DNA of 64,000 bases from Candidatus Aenigmatarchaeota archaeon (GCA_016198585.1 JACQII010000016.1:21078-85077); one strand, 5' to 3'; shown: positions 1 to 9,464, counted from the stretch's first letter. Notes: generated by a model not told the origin, from the letters alone. Program-made: numbers and translations.

Positions 1-688
1 CAACAGACTCCAGCAGCTGCGCGAGGGTTGCGATGTCCGCGGGACCCAGGTTACTGACCTGCAGGTCTGCAAGCCGGCCGAGGCCGAGGTCGGCAACGAG
101 GGCACGGCCCTGGCGCTTCGTCGCGGACTGGAGGGCCTCGCGGATCGCGTTCTTCACCTTGCTCCGCTTCTGGAGCAGGACCGCGCCGAGGACGGTCGTC
201 CGCGGCGTCGCCTGGACCAGGACGGACCGGGTCCGCGGCGACGGGGAGAACGCGGTCTTCGGAACGTCGGCAACGACCTCCGCGGCGAACCAGGCCGCGT
301 AGGGGAGCGCCTGCAGCTTCTCTGCGAAACCCGCGGGCAGGGTCACGACTGCCTCGCGGAAGTCCAGCCCAGGCAGCAGCCGGAACAGCGGCTCGGAAAT
401 CGCGTAGGGAAGGTTGGCAATGAGAGCGTCGAAGCGGACGTGCCTGATCTCCCGCAGCGCGTTGCCGGCGATGACCGTCACCCTTGGGTTGCCGGCGAAA
501 CGCGCCTGCAGCCCGCGGGCCAGATCCTGGCGCTTCTCGATCACGATGACGCGGCGCGCCCGCTGTTGGAGGGCAGCCGTGAGCTCGCCGTGGCCCCCGC
601 CGATTTCGAGGACCGTATCTCCTGGTTGGGTGTAGCCGGCGATCCGCCGGATCATATCCTGGTCGGTCATGAAGTGGAGGTCGTCCAT
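1..688 (-). CDS. ksgA: 16S rRNA adenine dimethyltransferase KsgA/Dim1, partial (3' end runs off the window)
   Basis: Not in the ORF track. My translation from ATG at 688 gives MDDLHFMTDQDMIRRIAGYTQPGDTVLEIGGGHGELT...IEKR...GNAL...ANLPYAIS...AFSPSPRTRS, with SAM motif I, NLPY motif IV and the F-x-P-x-P motif; frame is open to the window edge. Confidence 0.88.
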   Translation of the reverse strand, partial: MDDLHFMTDQDMIRRIAGYTQPGDTVLEIGGGHGELTAALQQRARRVIVIEKRQDLARGLQARFAGNPRVTVIAGNALREIRHVRFDALIANLPYAISEPLFRLLPGLDFREAVVTLPAGFAEKLQALPYAAWFAAEVVADVPKTAFSPSPRTRSVLVQATPRTTVLGAVLLQKRSKVKNAIREALQSATKRQGRALVADLGLGRLADLQVSNLGPADIATLAQLLESV

Positions 689-779
689 AGGGCCTTCTTG
701 CTTCGCCTGGTTATATGCGTCTTCCCCCTTTGCGCGGCACGCAGCCAGACGTATAAAGATGGCGACCGCATAGGTAGGT

Positions 780-1832
780 ATGGGCGTCGAAGAGCAGATC
801 AAGGACATCGAGGACGAGCTTGCCCGCACGCAGTACAACAAGGCCACGCAAGGGCACGTTGGCCGGCTGAAGGCCAAGCTGGCCCGCCTGAAAGAAGCGT
901 CGGGGAAGAAGAGCGGCGGCGCAGGCCTGGGGTACGCGGTCAAGAAGACCGGCGACGCCACGGTCATCCTGGTCGGTTTCCCTTCGGTGGGGAAGTCGAC
1001 CCTCCTGAACCAGCTGACCAACGCGGACTCGAAAGTAGCCGCGTACGAGTTCACCACCTTGACCGTCGTCCCCGGCGTTCTGGAGTTCCGCGGGGCCCGC
1101 ATCCAGACGCTCGATATTCCGGGGATCATCGAAGCCGCAGCAGCGGGGAAGGGTCGCGGGAAGGAAGTCCTCTCGGTGATTCGGAATGCCGACCTGCTGA
1201 TTGTCCTGGTTGCAGGCGAGACGTATCAGAAGCAGCGGGACATTATCGAACGGGAACTCTATGCTGGGGGCTTCCGCCTGAACGCCCGGCCGCCGGATAT
1301 CCGCATTGCGAGGAAGAGCGAAGGCGGGATCCGGGTGGAGAAGACGAAACGCGTCACCCTGGGAGCCGAAGCCGTGCGGGAGGTATTGCGCGAGTTCAGG
1401 ATCCTGAACGGGGAGATCCTCATCCGGGAGGACGTCAGCATTGACCAGCTCGTGGACTGCCTTGCGGGGAACCGCATCTATCTCCCTGCCCTGTTCATCG
1501 TGAACAAAGCCGACCTCCTCGGCGACCGGAAGCTCCCCAAGGACTACGTGCGCATCTCTGCCTTGCGCGGGCAAGGCATCGAACACCTGAAGACGCTCAT
1601 CTGGGACCGGTTGCTGTTCAAGCGGATCTACCTGAAGAAGCCCGGAAAGGAACCGGACCTGGAGGAGCCGCTCATCATGCGCGGTCCGTGCACGATCCGG
1701 TTAGTCGTGAAGAAGTTCAATTTCCGCTTCGCCTTCGCCCGGATCTGGGGCCCATCAGCACGGTTCCCAGGGCAGAAAGTCGGGATCGATCATTCCCTAC
1801 AGGACACGGACATCGTCGAGATCCACGATTGA
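780..1832 (+). CDS. drg: DRG/OBG-family GTPase with C-terminal TGS domain
   Basis: QYNKATQGH N-terminus, GFPSVGKS G1, YEFTTL G2, DIPG G3, NKAD G4, IWGPSARFPGQKVG...LQDTDIV TGS. Confidence 0.93.
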   Translation: MGVEEQIKDIEDELARTQYNKATQGHVGRLKAKLARLKEASGKKSGGAGLGYAVKKTGDATVILVGFPSVGKSTLLNQLTNADSKVAAYEFTTLTVVPGVLEFRGARIQTLDIPGIIEAAAAGKGRGKEVLSVIRNADLLIVLVAGETYQKQRDIIERELYAGGFRLNARPPDIRIARKSEGGIRVEKTKRVTLGAEAVREVLREFRILNGEILIREDVSIDQLVDCLAGNRIYLPALFIVNKADLLGDRKLPKDYVRISALRGQGIEHLKTLIWDRLLFKRIYLKKPGKEPDLEEPLIMRGPCTIRLVVKKFNFRFAFARIWGPSARFPGQKVGIDHSLQDTDIVEIHD

Positions 1833-1901
1833 ACGCCCTCCGGACGCGAGGGGTGTGCGACGCTCTCCTATCGTGATGTCTACCCAGAGCTACGGAACTG
1901 A

Positions 1902-2045
1902 CTACTTCCCGGTCAGCTCGAGGATGCCCCACAGGATGAGGAACAGCCCGACCAGCCACGACAGGAGGTTCGGGAACACGATCACGAGGATCCCGAAGAC
2001 AATCGACAGGAGGGCGGCGTGCTGGCCGGCGATCTTCGTTGCCAT
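1902..2045 (-). CDS. Small membrane protein, DUF3096-like
   Basis: 47 aa with two hydrophobic helices; GILVIVFPNLLSWLVGLFLILWG pattern. Confidence 0.65.
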   Translation of the reverse strand: MATKIAGQHAALLSIVFGILVIVFPNLLSWLVGLFLILWGILELTGK

Positions 2046-2134
2046 GCCCTTCCTTAGATCGGTGTTTGATAAAGCTGCTGGCACGCTGCGGGGATGGCAG
2101 TGATCTTATAAATCTACCCGGCAAACCGTGTACC

Positions 2135-3082
2135 ATGAGCGGGACGAGGTGCCTGTACATCGGTATCGGCGGGGGAGGCGACATCGTGGCGACGCTCGCC
2201 GACTACCTCAGGAACAAGGAGGCGTCTGTCGTTGCCGGCCTCACTTGGAAGAGGCGGTCCCATGACCCGATCGGCAGGCCGCGCAGGATAGGCGAGTTCC
2301 GGAACATCCGGAAGTACAACGATGCCATCGGCGTCGTCACCCCAGAGACGACGACCTACGAAGGCGTCCGGCACATCGAGGCCCACGTGTCCGAGCTCAT
2401 CGGCGAGCCCGTGCTCACCATCGACATCTCGGGCGGCGTGTTCGCCACGGCAGCGGCTATCGAAGACTACATGAAGAAGGAAGGCATCTCCCGCGTCTTC
2501 GGGATCGACGTAGGCGGTGACGTGCTCTGCAACGGGGACGAGCCCACGGTGCGCAGCCCGATCGCGGACCAGGTGATGCTGGGGTCCCTCGTCCTCCTAG
2601 GCACGGACAGCGGATCGGTCAGCGTGTTCGGACTGGGAGCCGACGGCGAACTCCCTCTTGCTGATTTCTATCGGCGCATCGAGCGCATCACCATGCAGTC
2701 ATTGTACGCGACCGCTGCCCGTGACCGCGACCTCGCGCTCATGGACCGGGCGATGAACGGCCAGACCGAATCCTCTGCACGCGCCGCAGAGGCGGCGAGG
2801 CGCCTCACCGAGGAGCGGCGCATGGACATCGCCGACACGATCACGGCGCAGCGGCATCCCGACCTGCGGTCCCTCGCCGGTCCTGCCCGGCCTGTTCCGC
2901 TCCGCGACGGCCGGCGGACAGGCGAATTGAGCAACCTCACCGGGCTCTATCTGCATCTCAACCCTTCCGCGGTCTACAATGCCAGTTGCTTCAGCGAGTT
3001 CGTCGGGAACTACGACAACATCCAGGACCTCGCCGCGGAGATGCGCCGACGGGGCATCGCGACCGAGTTCGACGACCAGTAA
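2135..3082 (+). CDS. DUF1152 family protein
   Basis: GIGGGGDIV N-terminal motif, GIDVGGDVL, SPIADQ, FGLGADGEL; TATA-like TTATAAA at ~2106. Confidence 0.75.
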   Translation: MSGTRCLYIGIGGGGDIVATLADYLRNKEASVVAGLTWKRRSHDPIGRPRRIGEFRNIRKYNDAIGVVTPETTTYEGVRHIEAHVSELIGEPVLTIDISGGVFATAAAIEDYMKKEGISRVFGIDVGGDVLCNGDEPTVRSPIADQVMLGSLVLLGTDSGSVSVFGLGADGELPLADFYRRIERITMQSLYATAARDRDLALMDRAMNGQTESSARAAEAARRLTEERRMDIADTITAQRHPDLRSLAGPARPVPLRDGRRTGELSNLTGLYLHLNPSAVYNASCFSEFVGNYDNIQDLAAEMRRRGIATEFDDQ

Positions 3083-3147
3083 ATCCCGGCAAGGAGACAC
3101 GGACGCGCGACGAGGCCTGTTTTAAATCCAGTCGCCCAAGAAGAGGT

Positions 3148-3618
3148 ATGAGCGTCGAGCGGCTCCTCCGCGACATGGAGGCCGAGGTTGAGCGACTGAA
3201 AGAGGCGGTCGACGATTTCTTCTCTCCGGGCATGGACAAGTACACGGCGTATGCGCCGTTCACCGAGGCGTTCGCCATCGACCCGCTGGTTCCCGAGAGC
3301 GACGTCCCTGCTCTCCGACTGGAGAACCAGGAGGGCGACCGCGACAGTCCCGAGAGCGCCCGCAACTATCGGCCGCCGCTGAATCCCTATCCAGGGATCG
3401 AGATCCGCCGCGTGGCCGGTCACGAGCTCGGCTACGGCATCCTCGGCCGCTGCTTCCCTTACTCCGGTCTCATCGAGATCCGCAGCGACCTCTACGGGGA
3501 GGAGTTCGCCGAAGTCCTGACCCACGAGCTCACGCACATGGCCAGCCCGCAACTGAGCGAGCTGGACGTCCGCGTAGCGACGCGCATGAAGCTGCCCTTC
3601 AGTCCGAAGTGGCATTAG
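3148..3618 (+). CDS. Small HEXXH putative zinc metalloprotease (minigluzincin-like)
   Basis: VLTHELTHM zinc motif preceded by LGRCFP...LIEIRSDL; TTTAAA promoter at 3121. Confidence 0.55.
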   Translation: MSVERLLRDMEAEVERLKEAVDDFFSPGMDKYTAYAPFTEAFAIDPLVPESDVPALRLENQEGDRDSPESARNYRPPLNPYPGIEIRRVAGHELGYGILGRCFPYSGLIEIRSDLYGEEFAEVLTHELTHMASPQLSELDVRVATRMKLPFSPKWH

Positions 3619-3736
3619 GCGAGGAGTATCTCCGCTATCACCACAAGCAACACAACAAGGAGCGGAATGTGATTAATTTGTCCGGTCATAGGAGCACCTC
3701 CCAAAGTCTATTTTTCTGCGGGTTTAAAAATTTTGA

Positions 3737-5203
3737 TCAGCACATCCGCAGGCGGCGCTTGTCGTTGACCTTCGTGATCGCGCCGGAGATCACGCGGTTG
3801 ACCTTCTTCTCCTTGAAGACGCGGACGACCCGCCAGCTCTGGTTGAAGACCCCTCTCGAGGGCGCGAAGACCACCACCTCCCAGAACAGGCCGTTCCCCG
3901 ACCGGGAGATGCGCGGGTCGCGCAGCAGCGGCACGAGGACGAGGACGCCCGCCCGCAGCACGAACCCGACCAGGAAGAGGAGCTGGAGTCCAGCGAACCA
4001 GAGGAACGTCGACCCCTGGAAGCTCTGGGCTAAGACGCCGCCCACCAGCGCACCGGTCAGGAGCGCGAGCTCCTTGAGGGTGTTGTGGATCGCGAGGAAG
4101 CGGGGCCGCTGGCGGTCAGGGGTGACGCCGATCAGCATCGTGAACGATGACAGGTCGAAGGCCGACCAGGCGAAGCCGCTCAGCATCTCGATCACGACGG
4201 CCTCCAGGGGGTTGGCGGCGAAAACCCACGCGAGCGGAATCACCACGATGAGGATCGAGGAGATGCGGATCATGTGCTTCTCGCCTATCCGGTCAGCCAG
4301 CCTGCCCCAGTAGGGGTGGGAGAAGATCTCGACCCCGCTCCGCAGGACAGCAGCAATCGCGAACCAGAAGTACCCGATCGCGAGGTCTTCGAGCATGAAG
4401 ACGGTGAAGAACGGTGAGGTGATCCGGACCGAGAAGTGGAAGAGCAGGATGAAGACGGTGAAGAGGAAGAAGTTCCGGTTCACCGCCAGGCTGCGCGGCA
4501 GGTCGCGGATTCCCAGGTTGAAGGTCCGGCGGTAGAAGAACGCCGACCGGAAGGGCGTCTCGAAGATGAGGGCGATGAAGAAGGTCGAGACCATCCCGAC
4601 CGCGACTGCCACCAGGAAGAGGGCGCCGAACCCGTAGACGAGCAGGACTTGACCGGCGACCAGGAGCGACACCAGGCCCGACACTCCCATGATCATGTTG
4701 CGCTTGCCGAAATACCGGCCCCGTGTCGCGCGCGGAACCGCGTCGGCCATCATGCTCGACTGGGCCGGCCAGCGGAAGCCCAGGCAGAAGCTCGAGGCTG
4801 CCAGCGAGGCGATGATCACGTAGACCGCGAAGGTGCTCGGCCCCTGTGGGATGAAGAAAGGCAATGCAGCAAGCGGGATCCAGAAGAGCCGGCTCAGGAG
4901 GGAAGCTGCGACCCAGACAGTCTTCCTGCTGCCGATCCGCTCGATCATCTTCGCGCCCGGGATCAGCGCGATCATGCTCGCGAAGGAGATCAGCGAGCTG
5001 AGGAGGCCGATTTCATAGTGCGATGCCCGGTACGAGAGCGCGAGGGGGGTGGCATAGGTGTTGACGATCTGCGTCCCTGCCGTCGAGAACGCGCCTTGCC
5101 GGTCGTAGTTCTTCAGGTTCCGGTCCTCGCTTCCCGTCTCGCCTGCCGGCCGCCGCGGCTGCTCATGGAGGCGGACGTACCACCGCTCCTTGCCCTCGAT
5201 CAT
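3737..5203 (-). CDS. MFS transporter
   Basis: About 12 hydrophobic segments; IERIGSRK and WGRLADRIGEK loop motifs; RGRYFG. Confidence 0.88.
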   Translation of the reverse strand: MIEGKERWYVRLHEQPRRPAGETGSEDRNLKNYDRQGAFSTAGTQIVNTYATPLALSYRASHYEIGLLSSLISFASMIALIPGAKMIERIGSRKTVWVAASLLSRLFWIPLAALPFFIPQGPSTFAVYVIIASLAASSFCLGFRWPAQSSMMADAVPRATRGRYFGKRNMIMGVSGLVSLLVAGQVLLVYGFGALFLVAVAVGMVSTFFIALIFETPFRSAFFYRRTFNLGIRDLPRSLAVNRNFFLFTVFILLFHFSVRITSPFFTVFMLEDLAIGYFWFAIAAVLRSGVEIFSHPYWGRLADRIGEKHMIRISSILIVVIPLAWVFAANPLEAVVIEMLSGFAWSAFDLSSFTMLIGVTPDRQRPRFLAIHNTLKELALLTGALVGGVLAQSFQGSTFLWFAGLQLLFLVGFVLRAGVLVLVPLLRDPRISRSGNGLFWEVVVFAPSRGVFNQSWRVVRVFKEKKVNRVISGAITKVNDKRRLRMC

Positions 5204-5340
5204 CCCTCTCCCTCTGGGAGTTATATCTTGCTATGAACATACTTAAATATGTTTCTGTGGGCACAGGTTCCTTTTATTATAGGTGCGACCACCGACCGCC
5301 GTGGATCAGGGAAAAGAAGCAGGCAGCGGCCATGTAGAAG

Positions 5341-5871
5341 CTAGACGTTGAGGGCTTTCTGCAGGATGAACTCGACCCGTTCTTGGACCGAGCGGGGCGG
5401 GACCGAGATCACGTCATACCCATGATCTTCGTAGGCCTCCCGGATCAGGGTCCCGAGCAGGCGGGCGTCCTCGGGGCTCTCGCGACGGACGAGATCCTGC
5501 TCATGGAAGGGGAGCGGTTCAAGCAGGAACACGCGGTGGTAGAGAACCTCCCGCGCTGCCACGGTGAGTTCAGGCGGCGGGCTCACCTTGCCCCACGCGC
5601 AGTAGGCCAGGTTGTCGATCACGCCGCGGTCGGCGAAGACCGTCCCGACCGTGTGCCGGGCCTCGCTGGCCAGCTGGACCGCGATCACCCGGCGGTTGAA
5701 GGTCAGGATGTCTTTCCATGGCAGGATTTCGCTGCCGGTCCGGAGGCCTTCCTCGATGACCGCCCGGGCCGCTTCCTCGATGATCGGGAACCCCCGTTGA
5801 CGGAGGGCTTCGACGGTCGTGGTCTTGCCGCTGCCTGGGCCGCCCGTGATGACGTGTTTTTTTAAGTCCAT
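5341..5871 (-). CDS. AAA_28 / NadR-type P-loop kinase-like ATPase
   Basis: VITGGPGSGKTT Walker A, IIEEAAR, FADRGVID, DLVRRE, YEDHGY. Confidence 0.8.
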   Translation of the reverse strand: MDLKKHVITGGPGSGKTTTVEALRQRGFPIIEEAARAVIEEGLRTGSEILPWKDILTFNRRVIAVQLASEARHTVGTVFADRGVIDNLAYCAWGKVSPPPELTVAAREVLYHRVFLLEPLPFHEQDLVRRESPEDARLLGTLIREAYEDHGYDVISVPPRSVQERVEFILQKALNV

Positions 5872-5887
5872 GACCTATCCCCATCTT

Positions 5888-6232
5888 ATGGAGCTTATCA
5901 TCCTTTTTGCTTTGGTGGTTCTTATCGTTGCGCTCGCCGGGTGGGTCCGCCACCTGCGCCGGCAGGTTTCGCGCCTGGCCTTTGACAAGCTCTCCCAGGC
6001 CGCGCGCCATGGCAGGATGGCCGAGCAATTCCTGCCGTTCGCTGCGAGCTACCCGTATGATCCCCAGGAGTTCCGCTTCCTAGGTAGCCCGATCGACGGG
6101 GTCCAGTTCAGCCCGGAGAAGATCGTGCTCGTGGAGTTCAAGGCCGGCGGCCGGCTCTCGGTCCGCCAGCGGGAGATCAAGCGCCTCGTCGAGGCCGGCA
6201 AAGTCACTTTCGAGGAGATCGCGGTCCGCTAG
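5888..6232 (+). CDS. Holliday junction resolvase-like endonuclease (PD-(D/E)XK) with N-terminal membrane anchor
   Basis: GRMAEQFLPF, FRFLGSPIDGV, IVLVEFKAG, LSVRQREIK; hydrophobic first 20 aa. Confidence 0.8.
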   Translation: MELIILFALVVLIVALAGWVRHLRRQVSRLAFDKLSQAARHGRMAEQFLPFAASYPYDPQEFRFLGSPIDGVQFSPEKIVLVEFKAGGRLSVRQREIKRLVEAGKVTFEEIAVR

Positions 6233-6272
6233 CGCATCTGCTGGGCCCGCAGGTGTGCAACAAGAACTCGCT

Positions 6273-6602
6273 TTACTTCTTCGCCGTCAAGGCCAAGATC
6301 GAACCGACCAGGCCGAGGATGAACCCGATGAGGAAGCCTGCCCCGCCGATGATCGAGAGTATGGAGAAGATCAGCACGAGGATGCCACCGGTCTGGGCCT
6401 TCCCCTGCTTTTTCATCAGGGTCGAGCCGTAGATGACGATCAAACCGAAGATGATCCCGACGACACCCATGGCCATGATCATCGCCCCGGCGAAGGGGAT
6501 GACCATGAAGACGCCGCCCATGGCAGCGGTCACGATGCTGCTGAGAACGATGAGGATGCCGGCCACCAGAGAAAGGATCGATGCGGTGTGCAAATCTGCC
6601 AT
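6273..6602 (-). CDS. Small Gly-rich membrane protein (DUF4064-like)
   Basis: 109 aa, 3-4 TM helices, GAGFLIGFILGLVGSILAL C-terminus. Confidence 0.6.
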   Translation of the reverse strand: MADLHTASILSLVAGILIVLSSIVTAAMGGVFMVIPFAGAMIMAMGVVGIIFGLIVIYGSTLMKKQGKAQTGGILVLIFSILSIIGGAGFLIGFILGLVGSILALTAKK

Positions 6603-6659
6603 ACTTTTTCTTGGATCGGGTCCTTATATACTTTTGTCCGGGGCTCTCGAGATCCCTGG

Positions 6660-7955
6660 TTACTCGTCAAAGATGCCCTTCTTCTTCAAGGCTGAAGGCG
6701 AGCCGCCCGCGTGCCAGGTCAGCCGGGGCCGGACCTGGATCGGGTAGATGCGCTCGGAGTTGTCGTCGAGGACGATGGCCGCGCCCTTGACCCGCGGCAG
6801 GGAATTGATATACTCCTGGATGTCCTCGAAGAGATAGGTCTGCATGATCCCGCGGAGCGCCTCGAGATCGGCCCGTGAGGTGAGGCGGTGGGCGACCACG
6901 ATGTCTGCTTGGGAGAGCGCCGCTTCGTGCAGCTTGTTGGGCCGCTGCGTGATCAGGAGGAGCGAGATCCCTGGTTCGCGGCCCTGGCGCACCAGGGTCA
7001 GGAGCGGTTCGCTCGCTGCCGTTTTCCCGTGGGAAGGCAGGAACTCGTGGGCCTCGTCGATCATCACCCAGACCATGGGGATGGTCTTCTTGCGCTCACC
7101 GGTCATGACTTCAAATTCTTCGGCTTTGCGGGCCATGAGACGCTCTTGAAAGATCTTCCGCGTCAGCATGCCGACGAGCATGGACTTGACCGACCAGCCC
7201 TCGCTGACCGAGAGGAAGTGCGAGACGTCGATGACCGTGATGCCTCCCGGTCGGAAGAGGCCGGTCACGGGCGTTCCAGCCTTCTCGAAGATGCCCCACT
7301 CGATCGCCGCAAGGAAGCGGTTCACCAAGGCGTCTTTCGTGCGCGGGTCGGTGGTCTTGTCGGCCTGGATCTCGTAGATGATGTCCTCGATGCCATACCG
7401 GGGAACGCGCGATTGGACCTTCTTGATGACGCGCTCGATGACGATCCCGAAGTCGTCGATGGGGGAGAAGCCGAAGGTCAGGATCCAGTCCAGTGCGGTG
7501 AGGTCGGCCACGGGCAAACTCAGGACGCCGTCCACCTCGACGCCCGCCTCCTGATAGGCGGCGACGTAGCCTTTCGGGACCAGCAGCCGGATCGGCAGCC
7601 CTTTGGGCACGAGCCCCCAGTCGCGGAGCGCTCCTGCCTCTTTCGTGTTCGCATGCTTCATCGACCAGTAGATCCCCATCGTGTCGAAGAGCAGGACGGA
7701 GAGGTTGTTCCGCACTTCCGTGGGAAGGAGCGCGATCTCCTCGGCGACGATGCCGCCTGAGTAGCTCTTCCCGGTCCCGCGCTTGCCGCAGACCAGGACG
7801 ATGTGCGGCCTGCTCACGTCGAGCTGGACCGCGTTGGTGAGGTGGGCCTCGTCGCCCTCACCCACGACGTGCTTGCCGATGAAGGCCGTTCCTTGGAGGC
7901 CGAAGTCTTTCAGGTCGGCCTTGTCCCGGCCGATGACGATCTTCTGGACAGGCAC
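6660..7955 (-). CDS. HerA/FtsK-superfamily ATPase (DUF87)
   Basis: GKRGTGKSYS Walker A, FDTMG, MIDEAHEF Walker B, QGREPG Arg finger, ITQRP; GTG start at 7955 downstream of a TATA-like element. Confidence 0.85.
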   Translation of the reverse strand: MPVQKIVIGRDKADLKDFGLQGTAFIGKHVVGEGDEAHLTNAVQLDVSRPHIVLVCGKRGTGKSYSGGIVAEEIALLPTEVRNNLSVLLFDTMGIYWSMKHANTKEAGALRDWGLVPKGLPIRLLVPKGYVAAYQEAGVEVDGVLSLPVADLTALDWILTFGFSPIDDFGIVIERVIKKVQSRVPRYGIEDIIYEIQADKTTDPRTKDALVNRFLAAIEWGIFEKAGTPVTGLFRPGGITVIDVSHFLSVSEGWSVKSMLVGMLTRKIFQERLMARKAEEFEVMTGERKKTIPMVWVMIDEAHEFLPSHGKTAASEPLLTLVRQGREPGISLLLITQRPNKLHEAALSQADIVVAHRLTSRADLEALRGIMQTYLFEDIQEYINSLPRVKGAAIVLDDNSERIYPIQVRPRLTWHAGGSPSALKKKGIFDE

Positions 7956-8006
7956 GCATCCACCAGTTTTATATATGCTCCGGACCATTAATAAGCAGGG
8001 AATTGC

Positions 8007-8201
8007 ATGGGACTGCTGGAAGAGATCCTCAAAAACCGGGAAGAGTTGCTGATCAAGCTGCTGGAGATCCTGGAAGGCCGCGAGTCGCGCGCCAAGGTCG
8101 ACCTGCACGGGGTCGAGTTCCACGTCGGCAAGTCCCTGGTCCGCATGGACGGCACGGTCGACCTCACCTTCGTACCCCTCGAGAAGAAAGCGAAGAAGTA
8201 A
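8007..8201 (+). CDS. Small hypothetical protein
   Basis: 64 aa ORF with host-like codon bias, divergent from the HerA gene, AT-rich promoter upstream. Confidence 0.6.
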   Translation: MGLLEEILKNREELLIKLLEILEGRESRAKVDLHGVEFHVGKSLVRMDGTVDLTFVPLEKKAKK

Positions 8202-8275
8202 TTCTGGCAACGCAACCCGCGGGATGCGGCCCCGCTCTATATATTAATAAGCGGAAACGCCAAAAGGATGACGTT

Positions 8276-8400
8276 GCCTCGGTAGCTCAGTCGGTCGGCT
8301 GGAGCCCGATAAAGAGCGTTGCCTTGGTAAGAGCCTTTTTGGCAGTCAGGAAGGCTTTACGATAAGGCAAAGGTCGCGAGTTCGATTCTCGCCCGGGGCT
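8276..8400 (+). tRNA. tRNA-Thr(GGT) with two introns (D-loop 8297-8311; canonical 37/38 8330-8364)
   Basis: Acceptor GCCTCGG/CCGGGGC with T73; D-stem GCTC/GAGC; anticodon stem TTGCC/GGCAA with TT-GGT-AA loop after splicing; T-arm GCGAG-TTCGATT-CTCGC; bulge-helix-bulge TCGG/CCGA in the D-loop. Confidence 0.88.
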
Positions 8401-8430
8401 CTCAGAGCGGCTGGCAACGCGGCCGCTCAC

Positions 8431-8541
8431 GGGGTCATAGGCTAGTGGCAGACCGGCTGGCTCCAGTCCTGGAGAACGGACGCGAAATGCGGATGACCGT
8501 GAAGCAACCAGCATGTGGGAGTTCGATTCTCCCTGACCCCA
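8431..8541 (+). tRNA. tRNA-Trp(CCA) with ~40-nt intron at 37/38 (8467-8506)
   Basis: Acceptor GGGGTCA/TGACCCC with A73; anticodon stem GCTGG/CCAGC with CT-CCA-G; T-arm GGGAG-TTCGATT-CTCCC. Confidence 0.88.
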
Positions 8542-8559
8542 TCCTGGCCCCTGCGGCCG

Positions 8560-9084
8560 CTAATTCCAGAGCCGGAAGACCATGCGCACCAGCGAGCCTC
8601 CCAGGACGGCGTAGCGGTCCACGTCGACCACATTCTTCGCGGCTGCGGTGGGCTCGACGCCCGCGGTCAGGCCCGTCCCCTGCAGCGTCATGACTGTCCC
8701 GTTGAGGTGCTCCATGCGGAAGAAGTAGTCGTAATTCGAGATGCCCATGAGCTGTTGGCTGGTGTCATAATCCAGGCCGACGAAGGCTATCACCTTGGTG
8801 TCGTTGAGGATGTTCTCGAAGACGTCGATCGAGAAATTGGTCACCGGGACCTGCCTCGCAAAGCCGATGACCTCGACCGTCCCGGCAGTCCACCCGTCCG
8901 GAACGCCTGGACTGCGCAGCAGGCCGTCCGTCACTTCCAGGCCGACGTCCTGCATCACGGTCAGTCGCTGCTGGCTCGCGGCGTCCGCTAGCAGGAGGTT
9001 GAAGGCGAAGAGCAACAGCACGACCGTGGTGACGAAGATCACCAGCGAGGCGGTGAAGTCCAGCGACCAGACCTGGCCTCTCAC
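8560..9084 (-). CDS. Pilin-like protein with class III signal peptide
   Basis: MRG|QVWSLDF followed by a hydrophobic helix; GTG start overlaps the upstream stop. Confidence 0.72.
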   Translation of the reverse strand: MRGQVWSLDFTASLVIFVTTVVLLLFAFNLLLADAASQQRLTVMQDVGLEVTDGLLRSPGVPDGWTAGTVEVIGFARQVPVTNFSIDVFENILNDTKVIAFVGLDYDTSQQLMGISNYDYFFRMEHLNGTVMTLQGTGLTAGVEPTAAAKNVVDVDRYAVLGGSLVRMVFRLWN

Positions 9085-9464
9085 AGGATCTTCACCTCCC
9101 CCTTGCTGTTGAGCACGGCGTTCGTGCCGACCTTGAACTGGCCGGAGACGTTCTTGGTCAGGAGCGTCGCCGGATAGGTCACGCTGTTCACCGAGACGAG
9201 GACGAGATTCCCGGTCACGGAGACGTTGAAGGGGGCGCCGCTGAGGCTGGAGGGCACGGTCACGTTGGTGCCGAAGCCGTCACCCTCGAGGTGGGCGGTG
9301 TTGATCGTGCCACCGAGTTCGCGCGCGAGGCCCTCGGCCTGCTGCTGTTGAGTGAAGGCCTTGATCTCGAGGGTCTTCGCGAAGCTCGCGCCGCCGGCGA
9401 CGCTCATGGCGCCGACAAGGAAGACCATGACCATGAGGAATTCCACCGAGACCGAGCCCCGCAT
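9081..9464 (-). CDS. Minor pilin-like protein with class III signal peptide
   Basis: MRG|SVSVEFLMVMVFL with E+5 and a hydrophobic helix. Confidence 0.72.
   Translation of the reverse strand: MRGSVSVEFLMVMVFLVGAMSVAGGASFAKTLEIKAFTQQQQAEGLARELGGTINTAHLEGDGFGTNVTVPSSLSGAPFNVSVTGNLVLVSVNSVTYPATLLTKNVSGQFKVGTNAVLNSKGEVKIL

Noticed and set aside
8276-8400. Alternative splice giving tRNA-Ile(GAT)
   Set aside because: G1-C72, C2-G71 and U73 match Thr identity and the sister Thr(CGT) gene; the 37/38 bulge geometry supports GGT.
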